From an uncultured Candidatus Poseidoniales archaeon (GTDB lineage: Archaea > Thermoplasmatota > Poseidoniia > Poseidoniales > Poseidoniaceae): a stretch of DNA of 64,000 nt. The stretch covers positions 7,121 through 71,120 of the forward strand of contig CACLCM010000006.1 in NCBI GenBank assembly GCA_902605365.1. Reading direction: 5' to 3'. Below are positions 9,218 to 19,197 of this stretch, in pieces. The notes under the pieces were generated by a model. It saw nothing but the letters and a program-made list of their open reading frames with translations. It was not told where the DNA came from and made no database searches. Numbering within the stretch: position 1 is the stretch's first letter; the number at the start of each line of letters is the position of its first letter. Made by a program: the position numbers and the translations under genes.

Positions 9218-10444
9218 TCACCAACCGAAATGTTTGGCGCGTGAATAACCAAAGGAAAGTAGTACGCTAACTACTCCTTTAGTATACAAAATTGGATGCC
9301 TGACCAACAATTTTAATCCGATCCAAATCTTATCCAAAGGAGACATTGAACCCAATTCCTCTGGCAGACAATGCGCCATATTGGATAGTTCTTGGTCGGA
9401 AAGGTCGTAAAGTGAAGTTTTACCTTTGAGGATTTTGTGATATGGAGGGAAACGCTTTTTCCAAGCTTTCACGTAAGGTTGCATTTTTGCATTTGATAAA
9501 TCATCTGCAGAGATAGCTGCAGAGATGGTTAAAGCAGCCTCTCTACCAGACCAAAGGGCAAGATGTGAGCCTCCTTCGAAAAGAGGTGAAGTAAATCCTG
9601 CTGCATCTCCCACCAATATGAGCCCGTCACCTGTTGTGATTTCTCTAGGTCCAGAAATCGGAATTGTGCCGCCAAATGGCTTTGGTTTGATTCCTTTCTT
9701 TCTCCATTCAGGGTTTTGAATTTCCTTTCCTTTTAGATAAGTATCTTCAACGAATTTATCTAGATATTTTATCGCTCCTCTTTTGTCGGTAGTAACCAAA
9801 CCTACGTTCGCCCTACCGCCCTTTTTAGGAATCATCCAAACATATCCATGTGGTGAATATTCGGGCCATAAGTAGAAATCCAGATAGCCGTCATTTTCAA
9901 CTTCTGTCATTTCATATTGGAAGCCAGCAATTACCTCAATGGTAGTGCCCATCCCCAATAATTTTGTAGCGGCACCCGTAACTCCTGAAGCATCAATAAC
10001 AGCCTTACATTCAATTGGAAATTCATTTCCTCGGCCGTCAATTTTCCAATTGGTAAACTTATTTTCGCTATTGTAAATTCTTTCCATTGAAGTGACACGG
10101 TGTGAAAGGTGCAAAGTAGCACCTTTTTCAACGGCTTCACTGCATAGCCACTGCTCAAACTTGTGCTTCTCCAAAACATATCCTTTCTCTGTCAGAAGCT
10201 TGGCTGTACCATCTGGGAAAATTACTCTGATACCTTTACAATCGAGAGCGATGACTTCCTCAGGCAATTCGAGATCTAAATTATCAATCGCCATCTGAGA
10301 AAGACACTCTCCGCAATGCACCGGAACGCCAACCTGCGAGTCGGCTTCAACAATCATTGTCTTGAGACCGGCACGAGAGGCATGCAGAGCGGCAGAACCG
10401 CCGCCCGGGCCCGCCCCAATTACCAGAACATCGCAACTCGCCAT
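9218..10444 (-). CDS. geranylgeranyl reductase family FAD-dependent oxidoreductase (archaeal lipid saturation)
   Basis: DVLVIGAGPGGGSAA dinucleotide-binding motif, VPVHCGECLS and GDAAGF, as in digeranylgeranylglycerophospholipid reductases. Confidence 0.85.
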   Translation of the reverse strand: MASCDVLVIGAGPGGGSAALHASRAGLKTMIVEADSQVGVPVHCGECLSQMAIDNLDLELPEEVIALDCKGIRVIFPDGTAKLLTEKGYVLEKHKFEQWLCSEAVEKGATLHLSHRVTSMERIYNSENKFTNWKIDGRGNEFPIECKAVIDASGVTGAATKLLGMGTTIEVIAGFQYEMTEVENDGYLDFYLWPEYSPHGYVWMIPKKGGRANVGLVTTDKRGAIKYLDKFVEDTYLKGKEIQNPEWRKKGIKPKPFGGTIPISGPREITTGDGLILVGDAAGFTSPLFEGGSHLALWSGREAALTISAAISADDLSNAKMQPYVKAWKKRFPPYHKILKGKTSLYDLSDQELSNMAHCLPEELGSMSPLDKIWIGLKLLVRHPILYTKGVVSVLLSFGYSRAKHFGW

Positions 10445-10504
10445 GCCTCCCCGTAGGGGAGGCGGGACTTCAATGAGTCGGCACAGAACAAGTATTCATG
10501 AGGA

Positions 10505-12448
10505 ATGTCTCGTAGCGGTATCATGGCCTGGCGCAATATGACTCGTTGGCTCGCCCACTTGGAGAGCAAAGGAGAATTGATTCGTATCAGTGAACCGGTC
10601 GACGTCGAACTAGAAGCGGGCGCTATTGCGGATCGTTTAGTGAAAAGCGGCGGTTCTGCTGTAATTTTCGAAAAGCCGCGACTGCCAAACGGTGAAATCA
10701 GTGAAATCCCACTTGCGATGAATCTCTTCGGAACTCACGACAGGACATTGCGCGCTCTAGGCGCATCGCACCCCACCGAAGTCGGAGAGCGTCTGGTCGC
10801 GTTGATGAAACCCGATATTGGAGGAATTGTCAAGAGGCCTTGGACGGGACTACCACTACTTAGAGATGCAATTTCAATGCCTCCAAAGAAAGTCAGGAAG
10901 GGGTCATGCCAGCGTATTAGGATGGATACTGACGTCACTAAATTACCAATTCCAAAGACCTGGCCTATGGATGGTGGGCGTTTTATCACATTACCACTCG
11001 TAGTTACTAAAGACCCCAATTCTGGCGAACACAATCTTGGAATGTACAGAAGTCAGATATTTGGGCCAAAAGAGGTGGGCCTACACTGGCAAATACACAA
11101 ACATGGAGCAGACCATGCCGCTGCTTGGCCTGAAGGTAAAATGCCAGTTGCGATTTGTATAGGAGGACCTCCTGAGTTAATCTTCTCTGCTATCGCACCC
11201 CTACCTGATAATTTAGAAGAATACATGTTTGCGGGATTCCTAGCTAAACGTCGCTTGAGAATTACAAAGGCACTAACTCAGGATTTACTAGTTCCCGCAG
11301 ATGCAGACATAGTAATCGAAGGATGGGTTGATGCAACTCAAACGAGAACTGAAGGGCCCTTTGGAGATCACTTTGGATTCTATTCACTAACCGGACAATA
11401 CCCTGTATTGAATGTCACAGCCATAACTAGAAGGAAAAACGCTGTCCTTCCCGCCACCATTGTGGGCCAACCGCCTATGGAAGATGGATATCTTGGTGAA
11501 GCAATCGGTAAGCAATTCAGACCGATTCTGTCATTCCAACACCGAGATGTTCTTGATCTTCATTTACCACTAGAAACTGGATTCCACAATTTAGCTATTG
11601 TAAAGAGCAAGCAGAGGTATCCAAGACAAGCGCGTAAAACATGCCTGGGATTATTGGGTGCCGGCCAAATGATGTTTTTGAAAATACTAATCGCTACTGA
11701 CGAAAACCCGAGTGACCTTGAGGCGTTATTGGATGCCCTTAATGATAGAGTAGACCCGGAAACAGACCTGACAATAATCGAAGGCATGGTTGGAGATTCA
11801 TTAGAGCCGGCATCGACATTTGAGAATGTTCATTCGAAATTGATTATCGATGCAACAAAATTAGTTCCTGCAGACCCAAGAAGTGGCAATCCTCTCGAAG
11901 GATCTCCTATCGAAGACTGCCCTCCGTGGAGAAGAGGGGAAGAAGAGCCACCGGGTATTAGCGATGATTTACTCGGGAAAATATCTAATTTAGAAGATGT
12001 CGAAGATTGTCTTTTGTTGAGAAATTCGATGCTTGTAGTAACCCTGGATATAGAAGGAACACCGGAACCTAGGACCGGAGCACAATGGCCAAATGAAGAG
12101 AGTGCTGCCGCTAAAATTACTAAAATAAACCAATTGCGTAATTCAATTTGGCAATTGGACTCTGAAAAACAACTCCGATGGCTATTTTTCACAAATAATG
12201 ACCTTAATTTACATGGAGATGGAGCAAACCGAAGATTGCTTTGGCAACTGACTTCTAGATTTGCAGTTGAGAGAGATTTCTTGGTAGAACAAGGCAGGAT
12301 ATTTTGGGATGCAACAACGCCAATTCCTTCCAATGATGGTCCGTCTGTCGTGAGGCGTTGGCCAGCGATTACCATGCACGACCCTGAAACATTAGAGAGG
12401 ATTGAAAGATTTGATCTGCCACCTTGGCCTGATAATTTGGTGATGTGA
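10505..12448 (+). CDS. ubiD: UbiD-family (prenyl-FMN dependent) decarboxylase, long form with a roughly 190-aa C-terminal extension
   Basis: The N-terminal 455 aa match the UbiD pattern (LAHLESKGELIRISEPVD, GGRFITLPLVVTKDPNSGEHNLGMYR, IIDATK). A UbiA gene follows 1 nt later. Confidence 0.8.
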   Translation: MSRSGIMAWRNMTRWLAHLESKGELIRISEPVDVELEAGAIADRLVKSGGSAVIFEKPRLPNGEISEIPLAMNLFGTHDRTLRALGASHPTEVGERLVALMKPDIGGIVKRPWTGLPLLRDAISMPPKKVRKGSCQRIRMDTDVTKLPIPKTWPMDGGRFITLPLVVTKDPNSGEHNLGMYRSQIFGPKEVGLHWQIHKHGADHAAAWPEGKMPVAICIGGPPELIFSAIAPLPDNLEEYMFAGFLAKRRLRITKALTQDLLVPADADIVIEGWVDATQTRTEGPFGDHFGFYSLTGQYPVLNVTAITRRKNAVLPATIVGQPPMEDGYLGEAIGKQFRPILSFQHRDVLDLHLPLETGFHNLAIVKSKQRYPRQARKTCLGLLGAGQMMFLKILIATDENPSDLEALLDALNDRVDPETDLTIIEGMVGDSLEPASTFENVHSKLIIDATKLVPADPRSGNPLEGSPIEDCPPWRRGEEEPPGISDDLLGKISNLEDVEDCLLLRNSMLVVTLDIEGTPEPRTGAQWPNEESAAAKITKINQLRNSIWQLDSEKQLRWLFFTNNDLNLHGDGANRRLLWQLTSRFAVERDFLVEQGRIFWDATTPIPSNDGPSVVRRWPAITMHDPETLERIERFDLPPWPDNLVM

Positions 12449-12449
12449 T

Positions 12450-13253
12450 ATGGACTTCAAGCAAATCGCCTCATTTGTAAAAATTGAACATACCCTCTTC
12501 AGTTTACCTTTCGTATTCATTGGAGCATTTATGGCGGGAGAGCCTAGTTACTTGCAACTGTTTTGGATTGTAGTGGCTGCGATTGGCGCACGTGGTTTAG
12601 CTATGGGTCTTAATCGAATCATCGACAAAGACATCGATGCGGCCAACCCCCGTACTGCAAATCGTCATTTAGCCTCGGGTGCAATGTCGATGAAAACTGC
12701 CTGGTCGCTGTGTGCAATATTCCTAGTCATGCTAGTTGGTGGAGCTTGGATGCTAAATCCACTGTGCCTCTACCTTTCACCGATTCCAGTATTCGTGTTT
12801 GTAGTATATCCGTATCTCAAAAGATACACCTGGCTATGCCATTGGTGGCTAGGAGGGTGTCTTGCCCTAGCCCCTGCAGGCGCATGGGTAGCAATAACCG
12901 GCGAAATTTCTTCTAATTCATGGTATCCAGATTTACTATACGTTTCGATTGGAGTAGCGATTTGGATCGCTGCATTTGACCTTGGGTATGCTCAAATGGA
13001 TATTGAAAGCGACAAGCAGAACGGTGTGAAATCGTTTCCCGCTCGCTTCCAACCCCCAGTAACGATGACTGTCATGTTGCTATCAACTCCTCTATGGGCT
13101 GCTGCGTTTTCAGTGGTATCAGTATCAGGAACAATAATTTCTCTCGCATTGGTATTACTAGTATTGTCAGCATCAGGGCAACAATTCCAAAAATGGTGGT
13201 TTAGGGCTCATGTTTCCACAGGATGGATACTGCTTGCTGCAATGCAAATTTGA
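12450..13253 (+). CDS. ubiA: UbiA-family aromatic prenyltransferase
   Basis: NRIIDKDIDAANPRTANR (NxxxDxxxD) plus a second Asp-rich motif DLGYAQMDIESD. About 8 TM helices. Confidence 0.85.
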   Translation: MDFKQIASFVKIEHTLFSLPFVFIGAFMAGEPSYLQLFWIVVAAIGARGLAMGLNRIIDKDIDAANPRTANRHLASGAMSMKTAWSLCAIFLVMLVGGAWMLNPLCLYLSPIPVFVFVVYPYLKRYTWLCHWWLGGCLALAPAGAWVAITGEISSNSWYPDLLYVSIGVAIWIAAFDLGYAQMDIESDKQNGVKSFPARFQPPVTMTVMLLSTPLWAAAFSVVSVSGTIISLALVLLVLSASGQQFQKWWFRAHVSTGWILLAAMQI

Positions 13254-13279
13254 TAGAGCGGCAATAACCCCGCCCAATT

Positions 13280-13657
13280 ATGAATCCAATCGTTAAGTCT
13301 CTACTTGAATTCAACAAATCATTCGAAATACCTCGCCTAGACACTCCAGGACTAGGACCAGATGAATTAATTGAATTAAGAATCAAACTTCTAAAAGAAG
13401 AAGTTGAGGAATATGCTGAAGCTGCAAGAACTGGAGATTTGGTGGAAGTTCTAGATGCTTTGGCTGACATTGGCTACATTCTTGCTGGAACAATAATCAA
13501 TCATGGAATGCAAGATATTTATGATGATGCTTTCAATGAGGTTCATCGCTCAAATATGGCAAAGTTAGTCGATGGTAAAGTGATTAGAAGAGAAGATGGT
13601 AAAGTCCTGAAACCCGAAGGTTGGCAGGCGCCTCAACTAGCACAATTCCTCCAGTGA
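13280..13657 (+). CDS. MazG-like all-alpha nucleotide pyrophosphohydrolase
   Basis: KEEVEEYAEA...VEVLDALADIGY are paired acidic metal-binding helices. Confidence 0.6.
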   Translation: MNPIVKSLLEFNKSFEIPRLDTPGLGPDELIELRIKLLKEEVEEYAEAARTGDLVEVLDALADIGYILAGTIINHGMQDIYDDAFNEVHRSNMAKLVDGKVIRREDGKVLKPEGWQAPQLAQFLQ

Positions 13658-13688
13658 GTTATTGAGCAAGTGCTGTCCTACCGACGAT

Positions 13689-14414
13689 ATGCGCACCGCT
13701 TTAGTGACCGGGGGAGGCCGCGGCATAGGAGCCGCCATATCCCAACGTCTGGCTAAAGATGGATACAGAATTCTCCTTACATATTGTAATTCTTCCAAAC
13801 CTGCTGAAATGGTTGTAGATGAAATCAGAGACTCAGGAATAGACGCCGTAGCAGTGAACTGCGATGTGACCGATGCTAGAGAAGTCGCATTACTAGCAAC
13901 TCACCCATGGGTTGCTGAGGGCATAGATGCCCTGATCCTAAATCATGGCAGATACGACCGTATCGATGCAAAAGAACTCGATGTTGAGCACTTGAGAAGA
14001 ACGATGGCTACCAATTTCGAAGGGGCGTTTTTGATATGGGATTCTGTGAAATCACACTTGACTAATAATGCAAGAATATGCGTAATTGGTAGTCAACTAG
14101 GAACTAGAGGCTCCCCTCATGGGGCCGATTATTCAGCGTCAAAAGCTGCTTTAGCAATTTGGGCTAGTTCACTTGCCCAGTCTTTAGCACCTGAAGGCAA
14201 GCGAGTAAATATCGTGGCTCCAGGATTTGTAGACACGGATATTCTAGCAGGAGATAGCAAAGAAAAAAGGGCAAGTAGGGAAGAAGAAGTTCCTCTAAAA
14301 CGAATCGGAACTCCTGAAGATATTGCTGGAACCGTCTCTTTCTTAGTCTCCGAAGATTCGAATTATATCACCGGTACAGTGGTAAATGTAAATGGTGGAT
14401 TGTACCTTCCTTAG
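13689..14414 (+). CDS. short-chain dehydrogenase/reductase (FabG-like)
   Basis: TGGGRGIG cofactor motif and YSASK catalytic YxxxK. The track start at 13662 is TTG, so I moved the start to ATG 13689. Confidence 0.85.
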   Translation: MRTALVTGGGRGIGAAISQRLAKDGYRILLTYCNSSKPAEMVVDEIRDSGIDAVAVNCDVTDAREVALLATHPWVAEGIDALILNHGRYDRIDAKELDVEHLRRTMATNFEGAFLIWDSVKSHLTNNARICVIGSQLGTRGSPHGADYSASKAALAIWASSLAQSLAPEGKRVNIVAPGFVDTDILAGDSKEKRASREEEVPLKRIGTPEDIAGTVSFLVSEDSNYITGTVVNVNGGLYLP

Positions 14415-14425
14415 GATGTGTTTAG

Positions 14426-16711
14426 ATGAGCGACCCCTTCGACATATCGAAGGCCCTTGAAGGGGCTGTCAAGGAACGCTTGTCGCCAGATGTTGCAAGG
14501 TTCAGAATTCACTCGGAACACCTGCCAGCAGGCGACCAAGAAAGTGCAATTGAAAAATTAGTTTCTCAATTGGAAAATAATCAAGAAAGATGTGTGCTTT
14601 TAGGAGTTACTGGGTCCGGTAAAACATTCGCAATGGCACACATAATTGAGAGGCTGAATATACCTACTTTGATCATAAGCCATAACAAAACTTTAGCCAG
14701 ACAACTTCATCAAGAAATGGCAGGATTATTCCCTGAAAATGGAGTTGAATATTTCGTTTCACATTACGACTATTATCAGCCTGAAGCATACTTACCAAAG
14801 AGAGACTTGTACATTGACAAAGAATTGTCAATAAATGAAAGAATCGAACAAGAAAGATTTGCTACTGTGGCCAGCCTTGTCAGCAGGCCCGATTGCATAG
14901 TCGTGTCTTCAGTTTCATGCATATATGGGCTGAATGCGCCTGAGACATTCCTGGCTTATCATTGCAGAATACACACTGGACAGGAGATTGAGCCAATTGA
15001 TTTGATACGAGAATTAGTTGCCCTACAATATAGCCGCACTACGACCGATCTGAAACGAGGCGAAGTAAGGCTAAGAGGAGAGAATCTCGATGTATGGATG
15101 CCCAGCCGTGACGACCCTTTACGAATTAGATTTGGATTTGAGGGCGTCGAACACATTCAGATTTGTGACCCGGTTACATGGGAAATATTAGATGAGTTAG
15201 ATGAGGCTTGGATTCATCCAAAAGAATTCTTCATGGTATCTCCTGAAAGATTCGAAGCGGCTTTGGAAAATATCGAGACTGAATTGGATGGAAGAGTTGC
15301 AGAACTCAAAAGTGAAAGCAAGGAACTTGAAGCCAACCGACTTGAACAAAGGACCAGATATGACCTTGAGATGCTGAGAGAAATAGGACATTGCACAGCT
15401 GTTGAAAATTACTCCATGCATTTTGATGGTCGTGAGCATGGAGAACGCCCTTACTGCCTATTGGATTTCTTTGCTGCAACCGCTAAACAATTCCACGGCA
15501 ATCCGGATAATTTCCTTGTGATAATGGATGAATCTCACGTCACACTACCACAGGTAGGAGGAATGTATGCAGGGGACAGAAGTAGAAAGCTGAACCTAAT
15601 CGAACATGGGTTTAGACTACCCTCTGCAGCAGATAACCGTCCACTGAAACAAAAAGAGTTCCAGAAACTTGTCCCTCAAATGTTGTATGTTAGTGCAACT
15701 CCTGGTGAGCGAGAGTTACTTCACCTGTGCGAAATAACTGGACAAGATGCACCTCTTGGTTTGCGCCATATGGCAGGTGGAGGCGGTGTTGATGAACCTG
15801 AATATTCAAAGAAACACCCAGATGCTGAAAGTATGTATGACATGCTGCAAATGATTGAAGAAATACCAAGAATGGAGATTAGGCCTACTGGTTTACTAGA
15901 CCCAACAATCGAAGTGAGAGATACTGAAGGCCAGGTCGCTGATTTGTTATCTGAAATTAATGCAAGAATCAAAGTTGGTGAAAGAACACTAGTTACAGTT
16001 CTCACAATCAAATTTGCAGAGGAAGTAGCCCAATATCTCAACAAGATGGGGATTAAAGCTCATCACTTACATTCAGAAATCGATACTATCGAAAGAACTG
16101 AGATCATAAATGCCCTCAGAATTGGCCATATCGACACCATAGTTGGAATCAACCTACTCCGAGAAGGTTTGGATATTCCTGAAGTAAGCCTGGTAGCAAT
16201 CTTTGATGCCGACAGGCAAGGTTTCCTCCGTAATGAAAGAAGTCTACTACAGACAATTGGGAGAGCCGCTAGAAATTCAAACGGGAAAGTAATTCTCTAT
16301 GCGGATTCAATGAGCCCTCCTATGACTGCATCAATACGTCAAACTCTGGAAAGAAGAGAGAGACAAATCGCACATAACGAAGAGAATGGAATTACCCCTA
16401 CCACCATTCAAAAAGCACTTCCAAAGATGGGAAGTGATGTTGATGATTTGATTGCAGGTACATCTGGGGGCAAGAGATTGGTTGGTTCTAAAGGAGGTCG
16501 AAAGGGAGGAGATTGGGCTAACAATCTCAATGTAGGAGCAGGCCAATGGGCACGTTCAGATTCCGTTGCTAGCAATATTTCTCAACCAATTGAAGAAATT
16601 GATTATTCAATTGAAGAATTAAAAGAGATGATGCAGCAAGCCGCACTCGAATTAGACTTCGAAAGAGCTGCTATGTTACGAGACAAAATCTTGGAAATGC
16701 AATCGTCATGA
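14426..16711 (+). CDS. uvrB: excinuclease ABC subunit B
   Basis: GVTGSGKTF Walker A, MDESHVT (DEAH-like box), YYQPEAY, and a C-terminal UVR domain FERAAMLRDKILEM. Confidence 0.95.
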   Translation: MSDPFDISKALEGAVKERLSPDVARFRIHSEHLPAGDQESAIEKLVSQLENNQERCVLLGVTGSGKTFAMAHIIERLNIPTLIISHNKTLARQLHQEMAGLFPENGVEYFVSHYDYYQPEAYLPKRDLYIDKELSINERIEQERFATVASLVSRPDCIVVSSVSCIYGLNAPETFLAYHCRIHTGQEIEPIDLIRELVALQYSRTTTDLKRGEVRLRGENLDVWMPSRDDPLRIRFGFEGVEHIQICDPVTWEILDELDEAWIHPKEFFMVSPERFEAALENIETELDGRVAELKSESKELEANRLEQRTRYDLEMLREIGHCTAVENYSMHFDGREHGERPYCLLDFFAATAKQFHGNPDNFLVIMDESHVTLPQVGGMYAGDRSRKLNLIEHGFRLPSAADNRPLKQKEFQKLVPQMLYVSATPGERELLHLCEITGQDAPLGLRHMAGGGGVDEPEYSKKHPDAESMYDMLQMIEEIPRMEIRPTGLLDPTIEVRDTEGQVADLLSEINARIKVGERTLVTVLTIKFAEEVAQYLNKMGIKAHHLHSEIDTIERTEIINALRIGHIDTIVGINLLREGLDIPEVSLVAIFDADRQGFLRNERSLLQTIGRAARNSNGKVILYADSMSPPMTASIRQTLERRERQIAHNEENGITPTTIQKALPKMGSDVDDLIAGTSGGKRLVGSKGGRKGGDWANNLNVGAGQWARSDSVASNISQPIEEIDYSIEELKEMMQQAALELDFERAAMLRDKILEMQSS

Positions 16712-16718
16712 CATAGTC

Positions 16719-17759
16719 ATGGGTTTCATATGCTATAGCGCCACGCAATGTTTCATGGCAATAGACCCAGAGTCATTTGACAAGCCTGTCAAAGATTATG
16801 ATTTTGCTAGTCTAAGTGATTCAAAATCACTTATCGACCAGATGGGGGATGCAGGTGGTTTCACTGCAACTAAGTTAGCCGATGCAAGAAATATTCTCAA
16901 GGACATGCGAACTGAAATAGACGCTGTTGATGCAGACTCCAGTAAAGTCACAAACTGGTTATCATTCCCTGCTTGCCTTTGTGCAACCGGAACTAGAGGA
17001 TTCTTTGTAGAGGCGATCAAAACCAAGATGTTCAATGTAGTTTCAACAACTTGTGGCACACTAGACCACGATATTGCCAGGGCATACAAGCACTACTACC
17101 ATGGCGCATTCGAATTAGACGACATCGAATTGAGTGAACACCAATTGATGCGCCTAGGTAACGTCATAGTCCCTAACGCAAGTTATGGTGAAATTATCGA
17201 AGCCGTAGTAATGCCTGTGCTTGAAGAGATCCGAAAAGACCGCCTTGCTGAAACCGGCAAAGAGGGCGCTGATGCCTGGCTAGGGTTCGGCTCAATTCAC
17301 CTAGTATGGGAACTTGGCAAGCGCATTGGTACCCCTGATTCATTGATTTACTGGGCGTATAAGAACAAGATTCCAGTCTGTATTCCAGGGATTACAGACG
17401 GAAGCATAGGGGCTCAATTATTCATGTTCAGACAGAAGTACCGTGACTTCCACATAGATACTCTGGCAGATGAACAAGTGATGAGCGATCTAACATGGGA
17501 TGTTGAGAAATCGAATGCTTTGATGGTCGGAGGTGGAATCTCAAAGCACCACGTAATTTGGTGGAATCAATACCGTGGAGGACTAGATGCTGCGGTTTAC
17601 ATTACAACCGCCCCAGAACACGATGGTAGCCTTTCAGGTGCACGCCTAAGAGAAGCAATCAGCTGGGGCAAGATGCGTCCTGAGGCCCCGAATGTTTGTG
17701 TTGAAGGAGATGCTTCAGTTCTTTTACCCCTACTGGGTAGTGATTTATTCGGAGAGTGA
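16719..17759 (+). CDS. dys: deoxyhypusine synthase
   Basis: GGGISKHHV and EAISWGKM motifs. An alternative start is ATG 16755. Confidence 0.85.
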   Translation: MGFICYSATQCFMAIDPESFDKPVKDYDFASLSDSKSLIDQMGDAGGFTATKLADARNILKDMRTEIDAVDADSSKVTNWLSFPACLCATGTRGFFVEAIKTKMFNVVSTTCGTLDHDIARAYKHYYHGAFELDDIELSEHQLMRLGNVIVPNASYGEIIEAVVMPVLEEIRKDRLAETGKEGADAWLGFGSIHLVWELGKRIGTPDSLIYWAYKNKIPVCIPGITDGSIGAQLFMFRQKYRDFHIDTLADEQVMSDLTWDVEKSNALMVGGGISKHHVIWWNQYRGGLDAAVYITTAPEHDGSLSGARLREAISWGKMRPEAPNVCVEGDASVLLPLLGSDLFGE

Positions 17760-17763
17760 GATT

Positions 17764-19197
17764 ATGCGTACAATGTTTCTTGTATTTTTGATGCTAAGTG
17801 CATCCTTAGCAGGCTGTTTTGGTGAAGAAGAAAATGAAGTGGTCACTCCTAAACCAACAGTTTGGGATTTTGAAAGGCCTGAACTAACATGGTATCATTT
17901 TGCGGGAGCAGAAGATGCTTTTGAAAATTCTAGTTTTGAGTTCAATGGACGTAATGTCCCCTATCCTGCTGAAGGTTCTTACTACGGAATAGGCATGTCG
18001 ACATTCGAGCCAACAATGGGCATCACTCAAAGTGATATGATGATGATGAGTTCTTACGGCAATGGACCAGCAGGCTCTACAGCAATCATTTCTTGTGACC
18101 TAATTGGAATGCATGACGTATTGGATTACAGTTGTGAAAATATCTACGACCCATTCCTGCCAATTGCAAATTCTAATGACCCTTACATCTATGTAGACCC
18201 ATGGACAAGTAGAATCATGAAATTCGATATGCATGCCTTACTGGGAATGACTGTTGAATGGTCAGATGATGAAGGGGCAAGTTGGAATGGCCCAAGTATA
18301 GCTACTCAGATTTATTCAGTACAAGACCACCAAACAATTGCAAGTAGCAATATGCCTGCATTATTCCATCCTACGACCTGGATGTTCTGTATCAACGGAA
18401 ACGCACCTCACCCTCTATGCTCATCAAGTCAAGATGGAGGAGCAACTTGGGGTCCTGAAACATCAGGTGCTCCTATTTCCTGTAACTCTGGAGGATTATC
18501 AGCGCACTTAGTTGGAAGTATTGATGGAAACTTCTACCGTGGAAACAAGGGATGTACTGGCGATGGATACTCTGTATTTAGAACAACAAATGCAGGTATC
18601 AGTTGGACAGAACACGTTTTGCCTACTACAGAAACTGGTATCGCAGATACTTGGAATGCAGAAGAAGCCCAAGTCGAAGTCGATAGTGTAGGAAACGTAC
18701 ACGCAATGTGGATGGGGCTGGATAACATGCCATACTGGTCATATTCCATAGACCAAGGAGATACTTGGTCAAATGCTACTATGATCGCTCCACCAATTAA
18801 TCTCTCAGGTACTGGTTTCCCAGTAGTTGTAGCAGGAGATGCAGGTACTGTAGCATTCGGCTACGTTGGTGAGACTGAAGGCGAAGATGAAATTTGGAAT
18901 GCTTACCTAACCTATGCAACCGATGCTTTCAGTGAAAACCCATTATTCACAACAGTTCAGTTGAATGGAAATGATGACCCAATCGATATTGTTGTTGATT
19001 GTGGTTACAACCGCTGTGGTGGCCTTGGAGACTTCCTCGACATTAGAGTCGATGCGTATGGGCGAACTTGGTTCTCTCTATCTCACAATATTGCAGACAT
19101 CGGAATATTTGGAACAATCAGCTCAGGACCAAGTCTACGTGGTGAAAACATTACTATGCTTCCTGAAATGCCATTAGGTGGAATGCAGACTCTTTGA
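17764..19197 (+). CDS. secreted lipobox protein with BNR/Asp-box (sialidase-like beta-propeller) repeats
   Basis: Start moved to ATG 17764, giving MRTMFLVFLMLSASLAGC. Four Asp-box-like motifs: SDDEGASW, SQDGGATW, TNAGISW, SIDQGDTW. Confidence 0.7.
   Translation: MRTMFLVFLMLSASLAGCFGEEENEVVTPKPTVWDFERPELTWYHFAGAEDAFENSSFEFNGRNVPYPAEGSYYGIGMSTFEPTMGITQSDMMMMSSYGNGPAGSTAIISCDLIGMHDVLDYSCENIYDPFLPIANSNDPYIYVDPWTSRIMKFDMHALLGMTVEWSDDEGASWNGPSIATQIYSVQDHQTIASSNMPALFHPTTWMFCINGNAPHPLCSSSQDGGATWGPETSGAPISCNSGGLSAHLVGSIDGNFYRGNKGCTGDGYSVFRTTNAGISWTEHVLPTTETGIADTWNAEEAQVEVDSVGNVHAMWMGLDNMPYWSYSIDQGDTWSNATMIAPPINLSGTGFPVVVAGDAGTVAFGYVGETEGEDEIWNAYLTYATDAFSENPLFTTVQLNGNDDPIDIVVDCGYNRCGGLGDFLDIRVDAYGRTWFSLSHNIADIGIFGTISSGPSLRGENITMLPEMPLGGMQTL

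Noticed and set aside
17692-17763. N-terminal extensions suggested by the ORF track (also 19260-19328, 30383-30499, 31839-31889, 2285-2359, 28351-28404, 42987-43031)
   Set aside because: The extensions overlap upstream genes or begin at non-ATG codons (TTG/GTG/ATT). The internal ATGs give canonical signal peptides or homologous N-termini.
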